Positions 54,394 through 64,000 of a stretch of DNA of 64,000 bases are shown piece after piece (the first letter of the stretch is position 1; each line of letters starts with the position of its first letter). The stretch comes from Daphnia carinata. Taxonomy: Eukaryota. The stretch is from contig NC_081331.1 in NCBI RefSeq assembly GCF_022539665.2, forward strand, positions 8,742,001 through 8,806,000. Direction: 5' to 3'. Made by a program: the position numbers and the translations under genes. The notes under the pieces were generated by a model. It made no database searches. It saw only the letters and a list, made by a program, of their open reading frames with translations, and was not told the DNA's origin.

Positions 54394-57300
54394 GATCTTT
54401 AACTAGAATCCTTCACAGTTTTCACTGCTTTTCCTGATGCTAAGGGTTTGGCAAATGTAACTAACAAATCATCATGGGCGTTCAAGCTACAAAAGCAGGT
54501 GCCTATCGATCGTGCCTCTTTTTTGTTTTGGAACTACGTGTGTTGGACCTAATAACAAATGAACGGTTTATTATGCGACCGTATTCTAATGCCAAAAGTG
54601 AAGTGATTTTTGCAGATACACAGACAAAAAGGAAATAAATAAACTTACGGTTTTGACTTGAAAAGCTAGAAGCGTTTCTGTCAGGAGAACTTCAACGGCG
54701 AACAACAACAACCATTGAACTTGAGTATGGGCGAAGCGCAAACGCTGTCTTAGCGGGAGGTGATCGGGCGGTAGACGCTAGGCAACATTTTTTACGCATG
54801 CGTTCAGTCTCCGTCGGCCAACAGAAGAGCCCTAATTCTTGAGCACACGGTACCCCAACGCCTGAGCAAATCGATATCGTCGCAGCACTTGGTAATAAAT
54901 GGAGTCGAAGCATGCGCAGGTCCCTGAATTATTTTTGGAGCAAGTTAGTTAGAAAACGTGCATTTCCGCTGTCGTTGATCGATGTATTCTACTGAAGGCT
55001 TGTCATTTATGCAATTTTTCACACACTGATCTTGTTGGACGATTGAAAGGTTGCGTAAATTAGCTTCGCTGTTGTATAGGTTAACTGCTAACTTAGCGGC
55101 TATTCCTTACATTTAGGCTGGTGTTCTATGAAAGAACAATACAGTGGTAGATTTTTCTTGCCGTAGCAAAAATCACATCATTTTCGTGTAATTAGCAGGG
55201 AAAAATTGCGCGCAAGACTAGATGGCGGTGACCAAGTGTTATCGGGTGACGATCCGCAGAGCGGCGGAACAGTTTAGATGACTAGTGGCTATTAAATCTA
55301 TTCAGTAATATGCAGATAGATACGTAACCATTAGGACGCAACAAAATGCCTACTAGTGATTTCCTCAATGGAAACAGCGAAAAAAGAGTTCTATAGCGCT
55401 AGTAGTCGTAACTAGCAGATAGTATAATGACGCAGCGTCCTAGCGCCTTAAGTCGCCATATAAAAAGAGAGAAATCCGTTGGAATGTTCATTCTCCAGAA
55501 GGATCTAACTATATAAAATAATTTGATTTGCAGTTTTTTTATAAGTAATTTTCCGTTGTTTTAACAAATTTAATTGAAATCGTATTTGGTCTCCTACATG
55601 CCGATGAACGGGGGTCTATAGCTATGTTTAAGGGGAGGGGGCATTAGTTAGGAGGCATTAGTTTTTTTTTTTTGGGGGGGGGCTAATGCGGCGGCAAGAG
55701 TCGGAGAGGGGTGGAGGTGGGGAGGCGACTCTTGTCTAAGGTGGCAATCGTCGCTATCTTCCAACCTGGTTGTGGAATCAAATTTTTTGTGTTTACGGAA
55801 GGTAGATCACATCTAGTATTTTTTTTTTGTGTCAATGGAAGCAACAGTTATGTTATGTTCTGTCGTGTAAGAAGAAGTGTTTAGTTATTAACAGTAACTA
55901 GTGTGAGTAAATCCTTACCAACAATTAAGGTTTGTTACTGTGCAATTACTATAGAAGATAGGTTCTTTTAGATTTGGCTCATGCATAGGATTTAGTTTAT
56001 CAACACCTAAAGCAAAATTCAACAAATGGTCAGATGAAGTAATAAGCAGGAAAATAGATAAAGATTTATATAGCCGAATAATAATACTAAACTTTAGTTG
56101 CAGCTTTCTCTTTAACTTTTTGTAGATCATTTACTTCTCTAGCTTTAAGTTTTTCTTCAACGAGGATTTTATACGTTGTGTTTTATAAGTGCAAATAACA
56201 CAAGCTAAAAAATCACTTAAAAATTATTTGGCTTTACAATATGAAATTGTTTTAATGGATAATATTTCCTATCATTCTTTGAGTTTTCCTTGAGGGACAT
56301 GAAATAAGGTAATTCTAGCATTTTCATGGTTTTCGTTTTCAGAATTTGACCTTCAAATGTCCATGTACCATTTCAAGAAATATACGACGATTAAAGTTTA
56401 TGCATGTAACCAACCGTTTTTCATTTAAATAATTGTGATAGTAACGTATGTCCCTGATAGGTGGCGTTGAGAAAGCCTTGCTTCACCATTGGCCAGATCA
56501 TGTTTCTGGCCAATTTTGTATAATGAAAAGGATCAAAAATCAAAATTTCTTTATGGACTTCATAACGTGACGTCTGGAACCATCTAGTGATGACTCTTGT
56601 AGAAGTCGAGAGGCGATAATCTCGTGAGTTACTACATTAAGCAATAACAACCCTAGTTGTTTTAAAATCATCAATATATGCTCTAATTCATAATGCAATG
56701 TCTAAAGTGATTCATAAACGACATCAAGCAAATTTTCGCTAGTATTTATCCACTTCGTCTTCGATCGTATGATATCGAACTTCGTCCCATACATATTTGA
56801 AGCAGAATACATCGCCCTTTTGTTGTCACGGTTCGCGCCAAACCAAATCCATCCGATCTTACGTAACTCACCATATACTGGTGGTTGCAGCAGGAAGGGT
56901 AAAGAACCCTAGTATGGTAACCCTAGCATTTTTTTATAGACCGACCAATGTTTCATTATAACGAAACATATATTTACAGCAGCCACCAAAATTTCTGATT
57001 TTTTGATAATGGATAGCTTAAGTGTAAAGCCTAGGCGATTAGCTTCAATTGATTGATGACTATGAAAAAGCCAAGTTTTTGTCTGATGATGAGCTCTAAA
57101 AGAATTTCACCGAGATCGAGCCATACTCCCTAACATATCATAATTCCCGTTCGGAAAGTCCAACCACTGCGCTATCATTTTAAGTTTCACGTAATATCTT
57201 AAAACATGTGTATATGAAAATCATAATCACTGATTATTAATCAGTGTATGGCTCACTGACGTCCTTTTAACGATTTTAATTAATCCTTATGGCACTATTA

Positions 57301-58432
57301 GGGTGCCTTTAATTTGTCCTGAAATCCTACAATGACAACCTTTAAGATCTTATCCCCTGAATTTTATGGTCACTAAAACACTCAGAAATAGGACGACTAT
57401 TTGCTCAGTCAAGCAAACATTGACATAAACTTTACTATGGTTGGAATCTAACACGAGTATCCCGCATCGTAATCTAGTAGTCTTCCATTTAGCCAATATT
57501 CACTTGCAGTACATATCAATTGTACATTCAGTCTCTTAAACTATACTGTAACATAATGTTTTCTTAATTAAGGCTTCCAACATGCGAAAATTAATTTAAA
57601 CAAGATAATGTTAAAGTTTACCTTTACGTAATTTATTGGGCCATGGGTCCCAAAAACTTAAATTAAGATATAAAACACATGATTTACATTTAAAATCATG
57701 CGACGATTACGAAAAGTAACGTAAGTTTCAAGCTTTGCCGGCGATTCACAAATCAGAAGTCTTAAAAGACGTTAGTATAAAAAAATATTAAAAATTAACA
57801 CCACGTTTCAGCATAGCACCACAACGATTTCATTAGGTAATTTCAGCTGAGAATAACCGGCAGAAAAGTAATTTACAATCATAAGCAATCGACGTCTTCC
57901 TATAAAGAATATAAATGCTATGGTGTTGGAATATTTTTCAATAGAAATTAGGCACTTTAGACTTATCGAATTTTTCCTGTTCTCAGCAGTTTTTTAGTTT
58001 TAAGATTATCTTTAGTGTCACATGGTTCCTTTTCCACATTCCTGCTACTTGTTGATATCTTTTTTTTGCCATCTTGTCAGGTGCTACGCGGCAAGTTTCC
58101 GGGAGTTTCAGAGAACTACGCTCCGCTGCAAACTGCAGAATTGGACGATATTCGTTCTTTCCTTGCAATCCTTTGATTCTTAAAACTTAAGCTCGCAATT
58201 TAGGATGAAGTGTCTGATACGCACTTCTTTGATGTCTTAGAAACTTGTAATGATCTTTCATAGCAAATTCCATTTAACATTTCGTTAACGAAAACAATGA
58301 TGCAACATGATACAAGAATGTGATAGATGTATCATATGGTCTGGATATCCCCCACAACAATGGGAACTCTATTCTCATACAGAATTTTGAAGAACATTTC
58401 AGTAATCAATTTAGTTGAAAATTTGGTTTTTC

Positions 58433-59351
58433 CTACTTTTTAGGGATGGCTCCCGAAAACCCTTTGCTATTATCTACCTGATACTTGGGCTTCCCATGGG
58501 TGAATGGTATGTAGCGATACTTGATCATATGCTATGACAAGAAAATATTTAAGAATAATTAATTCCATATTTTGAATTGTAAAAATTACCTTAATCTGAC
58601 GCTTCATGGTGAGGCAGAAGAGTGTGATGAAGTACATCACAAGGATAGGCCAAAAAACGGGGACATTGAAAACTTCAAAAAACGTACAAAACACTGCAAT
58701 TACTGTAGATTTGGAGACAGAATACCAAAATTTAAATTCGGGTAGTCTCCTGATAAATGGACGAAATTCTTCGTTTGCTTTTGTTGGCAATTCTGGACCA
58801 TCTTCAGATTCTGCATTAATAACATAAATCAGCCTTGATATTACTTTATGTCCAAATCATGATACCTTCAAAATCTGACATTGCAGGATCAATTTTTGGA
58901 GAGAGAAATGCAATGAAAAGGTTTAAATGGTAAATGCCTAGAGCGTATGTGACTATATACCAGCCCTAAAATGAAAATGAAATTTAATAAAAAACATGAA
59001 ACCTGTTAAAAAAACCTAACATATTTGGTACTAGCCTTGCTGAAGAAAACTCTTGCCAAAAATACTGTTATCAGTACAAAGGTAAAGATCCATCTTGATA
59101 TGGGATGAGGAGTTGACTTGTCCAGAAGAGTTTGATATGCCTACAAAAAAAAGTATGGTGAGAGACGATCACAATTTGCAATGACTAAAGTAGCACACTG
59201 TAACAATAATATTATCCGGAAAGTTATCTAAACAACTTGCAGTTGTTGGTAAGCCAAATATTAAAATAATTACTTGTCCCAGCCTCTTAAAAAACTGCAT
59301 TAACAGGTTAGGAGTTTGCCTTGAATCAGCTCCTTGATCCGGGATCATCAT
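58433..59351 (-). CDS. RER1: RER1 ER-retrieval receptor, multi-exon
   Basis: [109 protein letters not shown]. Confidence 0.96.
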
Positions 59352-60141
59352 AACAGCCGATAGCACCTAGAGCCATGAATCAAAGATATTTTTAGTGTCC
59401 ATTCGACACGTCATTTGTTTTCAATTAACACTAGAAATGACATATTCATTCAAACGGGCATGCAAAAAATTGAAAGCTATTCTACTCAAAGACTGCGTTC
59501 AAAATTCTAATAACTTAGTCTGTAAGAATTACCACTTTCTCGTAATATAGTTACTTTTAAACAAAACGTAGCGTAGCGGCAGGAATGAGAAAATTATTAT
59601 TTAGGCAGCCATGACACCACTTCGATAATTCCCGGTTGTCACTTATAACCGTACGGCTTTGGACTAAAGGCCTCTACTTTAAAAGCAAGGCCGGAAAGCT
59701 ACGAGCAATAGTCTCCCAGTAATGTAGGGTTTCGCCCTGCGAAGATCGGGGAGCTATTTCGTCGATGCAGTGCGCGGATTTTTTTTTCGGTGCTGTTAGT
59801 TCTTCGACCGGTGCTATTGCCCCGATTAAATCCCCGACTAGACCCTTAAAACATCGCTTTTTGTCCTTCTTAAAAAATTTTAAAAATAGGGCTTGGCCCT
59901 ATTACCTAAAACCCGAAAAAAGAGTGTCAACATACCCGAAAAATGTGAAAAATGTCCAGTTGGTTACTACCCGAGTAAGTGCTTTTTAAGCGGTTCCGTT
60001 CGGTTCAAAATACCCGGTATACAACATGGTCTCAGTACATATGTACTAAGTAGTACATAGTTGCAGATGCACTTTTTCTTATGGGCTAAACGCGCAAGGC
60101 GTTATTCAATTGTTTTTTGGTATGGCTGTCTGCTTGAAATT

Positions 60142-60247
60142 TTTCCGCACGGAGGGCGCGATAAAACGTAGTTTTCCACGCGGAAGGCGCGATAAAACGT
60201 AATTTTCCACGCGGAAGGCGCGATAAAACGTAATTTTCCACGCGGAA
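60142..60247 (+). repeat. 31-bp minisatellite, about 3.3 copies
   Basis: TTTTCCACGCGGAAGGCGCGATAAAACGTAA repeated in tandem. Confidence 0.9.
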
Positions 60248-60436
60248 TGTGGAAAAAGACCCTTAAAATTGTAAATTAAATGAGAAACGTCGAAATAAAT
60301 TTGTGTAACTTATCTTAGTTAATTTCTGCGATTTTCTATCTAAGACGGATATTAAAATTCCCTAGCTGCAAACCAAATTTAAATACTTACTTATAACTAC
60401 AATTTTTTACACCGACTTACAATTTGAACTTGGCGC

Positions 60437-60828
60437 CAGACTTGCCGCGATCGCGATCAAAAATTGATCGCCGATCCGATCTCCGATCAAAAAATTGATC
60501 GCCGATCCGATCTTTTTAAAAAGATCGGAGATCGGATCGGCGATCCCAAAAAATTGATCGCGATCCGATCGTTTTTAGCGATCAAACTTTTCGCCATCTA
60601 GCTGTAGATTTTCAGCCGCAGGGTTCTATTTCACTGCTATTTATGCGAATGCCAATTGAAGGAAACTGTTTAGTGTTCACCCTCAATGGCCGCCAGTGAC
60701 TGTCGCTGTGACAGCCAATGCTATTTTCGCGAAACAGTGTAAATTTTTACCGTTAGATGCTGCACAAAAATGATCGCTAAAAATGATCGGAGATCGCGAT
60801 CGGAAAATTGATCGGCGCGGCAAGTCTG
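60437..60828. mobile_element. hAT MITE copy 1 (392 bp, internal deletion)
   Basis: TIR CAGACTTGCCGCG/CGCGGCAAGTCTG; 8-bp TSD CTTGGCGC; GATC-rich subterminal repeats. Confidence 0.95.
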
Positions 60829-61489
60829 CTTGGCGCGATAAGAAAATGGCCGCCATAATGATTTGTCAAAAACCACTTTATCAAGCGTAATTTTTGGGGT
60901 TAAATGTAGCATCTTAAAAGTAATCGTTTATAATAACTTGTTCCTGGATCACCAGCAACAAAAATATTATAATGATTTCCTGTTTTGACGAAGATTAAGC
61001 ATCAAACGATCAATGCAAAATTTCGTCTTTTTCACACACCCCTCCCCTTTCTAAAATCATGAAATCCTTTAATAATTATTTATGAGGAAAATAAACAGTC
61101 AAAATTGACAAATTTTGCATAAATCGATAGCTCTTTTCAACAGCTATCTACTTCTATGAAATTTATGTTAAATTTTCAGAAAAGGAAAAAGTTTAAACGT
61201 AAAAGATCTATTTTTTTGTTTTTATCAGTTGCGTCCATTACAACCTTAGATGGAAAAACAACAAAAACATATTTTGCCTTTAAGATTTTTTCTATTTGAA
61301 AATGTTGATTATAATTACCTAAAAATGGATAGCCCTTACCAAGGGCTATCGATTTATATTATATTTATATTATTTATATATTAAATCAGCGAATATCGTA
61401 ATTAATTTTGCTGACAAATAATTAAAAATTTGTTTCTCTTATATTCGTTTATTTCAATAACTATAACTATTGTACATATATATAATAGT

Positions 61490-61959
61490 CAGACTTGCCG
61501 CGATCGCGATCAAAAATTGATCGCCGATCCGATCTCCGATCAAAAAATTGATCGCCGATCCGATCTTTTGAAAAAGATCGGAGATCGGATCGGCGATCCC
61601 AAAAAATTGATCGCGATCCGATCGTTTTTAGCGATCAAACTTTTCGCCATCTAGCTGTAGATTTTCAGCCGCAGGGTTCTATTTCACTGCTATTTTTGCG
61701 AATGCCAATTGAAGGAAACTGTTTAGTGTTCACCCTCAATGGCCGCCAGTGACTGTCGCTGTGACAGCCAATGCTATTTTCGCGAAACAGTGTAAATTTT
61801 TACCGTTAGATGCTGCACAAAAATGATCGCTAAAAATGATCGGCAAAATTTGATCGCCGATCCGATCTTTCGCAGTTTGATCGGATCGCCCGATCCGATC
61901 AAACTAAAAAGATCGGATCGGAGATCGCGATCGGAAAATTGATCGGCGCGGCAAGTCTG
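61490..61959. mobile_element. hAT MITE copy 2 (470 bp)
   Basis: Same TIRs as copy 1; 8-bp TSD ATAATAGT; almost identical to copy 1. Confidence 0.95.
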
Positions 61960-62062
61960 ATAATAGTAATATATATATTATAATTCTATGTATGTATAAA
62001 TATATAAATATAATTGTACGGATGTATAAATATATATATATAATTGTAATATACTGTATATA

Positions 62063-62528
62063 CAGTACCCTCCAAAAGTGTCGGAACACTAGGGGTTTTT
62101 GGGGCCATTTAACATGGCGTCTTATGGCGGAAGGAGACTTGCGCAAATGTAAAAAAGGGACAGAAAAAATGAAGATAAAAAAATGAAAAAACGCCCAGGT
62201 GTTAATTAAATAATCCCCTATCTAGCACAATTTTTTCAATTTTTTATCTATAAAATTGATTGACTAGCATGCTAGTCATGTATTAACCGAACACCGCGTT
62301 TAGCGTACGGGATACCTAATGGCACTACCCCGTTTTTTTTAAATTTTTTTTCATACAAGGAAATGTTTCCCAGACTTCTTAATTACATCAATCAATAGCA
62401 TATTCATTAAACTATATTCCCTTTTAATAATATCACTAAATTTTAATTATTTTAGGAAAGGGAATTTTTTAAAGTGAAGACGGTACTAAGTTTTTCCCGT
62501 CAAAAATAGTTTGTCTTATTCCTACCTG
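62063..62528 (+). mobile_element. Tc1/mariner-type terminal fragment
   Basis: TA|CAGTACCCTCCAAAAGTGTCGGAACA terminus; homologous to 19600-20056. Confidence 0.7.
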
Positions 62529-62529
62529 A

Positions 62530-62626
62530 GGCGCTGAACTCACTACGTAAAAGCAGCCAGAAATGCGTCTGCTTTTTCAGCAAACTATTAGCTGTCACAG
62601 GAAAAAAACATTGTGAGTTCAGCGCC
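62530..62626. mobile_element. 97-bp PIF/Harbinger-like mini element
   Basis: TIR GGCGCTGAACTCAC/GTGAGTTCAGCGCC flanked by TGA and TAA. Confidence 0.6.
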
Positions 62627-63165
62627 TAATACCCTGACCAAATAGCTGAGGATTATACAGATCTTCAGTGACTTTTGCTTACCCGAGTATTCATCGCCAA
62701 CTTAATCTTTATCAATAAAAAACTTGGAACGTGGGAAAAAGAGACAAACAAGTGATGTCTAGGGTTGACGTCATCGAATCCATATATGCACGTTTTGTCA
62801 CAACGTATTGTGTATAACAGTGTCCAGTTCACAAATCCGTTGCTGTAGCAAGCAGTGCTATAGACTAATAAGACTGAGTACCGCTACCAAACATGATGAC
62901 CCATTAACTTGTTATGAAATACACTGATTATTGTAATAGTCTCTATTAGCCACATGAACGAAGACTTTATAGCCTACTCACATATTATATTTTGCGTTTT
63001 AGCTATTAGAGACACACGCCATAAAAAAGTAAACAAGGTGAGTGCATAAATCCTACTGACAAATCGATCTAAAATCCATTTTTCCATACCTGGTTGGAAA
63101 GGATTTTAACGCGCTGCGCTAGCCTACTTAATTTTGGAGGAAAACGTGGAAGACCTTTTCACTGC

Positions 63166-63823
63166 TTAGGCAAACGAATGCCCGGGTTCATTGTAAAATA
63201 AGGGATCAGTGTGAAATTCGATTTCATCTTTGATCAATGTCAAGTCGTAAAGAACTTGTTCTATGAAATTTAGTTTGCTAATAGCAATTTTGTTGATAAT
63301 GGATTGTTTTGGACAAATGGACGAAACGCTGCACACGTCAGCATGAGCCAACAATTTGTTTTCGATTTCAATGCTCACCGAGTCAGCAGCTCGACCTATA
63401 TCGGATGAAACAGAGGCATCGGTTTCGCCCCGAGTTTGCCCTCTACCATCGCCCATTGCAGCCGCAGCCAATGCTCTCCATCTTTCTTTGTTGCTCTGTA
63501 CTGACACATTGATTTGTTCGATGCTAGGAACTCTCTCCAACTCGTCTTTTTTTCCGAAAAGAGTTTTGGTAGGTTTGACAGCCCGCAGATTAGAACCACC
63601 AACGTTCGTAAGGGTCCTCGCTATTGGGTGAAACGACAAGTGCGCTGCTAAATTTACGATTGCCAAGTAAGTATGGCCGTGTTGTTTGAACGATTCTACC
63701 ACCGTACAAGTCTGCCACTGTGCGTTTCGGGCCGTCTTGTTGCGATCCGTTGATTCGTGTGAATGCGTAGCTCGTTGACCGTCGGCAGCATTTGTTTCAT
63801 CTAGGGTCCGCATCACAGTCTCC
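63166..63823 (-). CDS. Probable terminal exon of an unidentified gene continuing past the window
   Basis: About 218 open codons in AT-rich DNA, preceded on the minus strand by tttgcag, with a GT donor about 100 nt upstream; no family recognised. Confidence 0.5.
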
Positions 63824-64000
63824 TGCAAATTTTTGTTTGAAATGATGTAGGCTTCCTTTATGTTGTAAGCTTATCGTACGGAGTATTGAACTAGTTTCGT
63901 ATCGTGAAAACAAAATGTTACCATTGGATGTCCCTTTCTAAACGTTGATTTGGTTGCGCTGGTTAATATTTCATGATATTCAGTAGCCGTATTTTGCCAA

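Noticed and set aside
60142..60247. Possible CRISPR or iteron array
   Set aside because: Head-to-tail minisatellite without spacers.

Overview
Eukaryotic (animal) genomic DNA, not prokaryotic. The ~60-80 nt GT-AG introns, compact genes and tRNA cassette suggest a crustacean such as Daphnia, but that assignment is inference. Bases 1-24 kb are a nest of decayed mobile elements: a frameshifted Ty3/Gypsy element (LTR, tRNA-Leu PBS, nested MITE), a cassette of six degenerate tRNA genes, a KDZ/Zisupton-type transposase pseudogene split by a 5.76 kb foldback/Mutator-like element (9-bp TSD, RING-finger cargo, two solo LTRs) and by a 1.3 kb CACGGCAC element, a fragmented ZSWIM3-like MULE transposase, and several MITEs. 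Bases 24-60 kb carry ordinary host genes: LAMP1, an ANKRD28/44/52-family PP6 ankyrin subunit, G-protein beta, LRRFIP (apparently with duplicated alternative last exons), CDK5 activator p35 and RER1. The right end holds twin hAT MITEs and an unidentified exon. I found no clearly new multi-gene system. The best leads are the RING-carrying foldback element, the Leu-body tRNA with an ACG anticodon, and the LRRFIP terminal-exon duplication. All calls were made by eye, without database searches.
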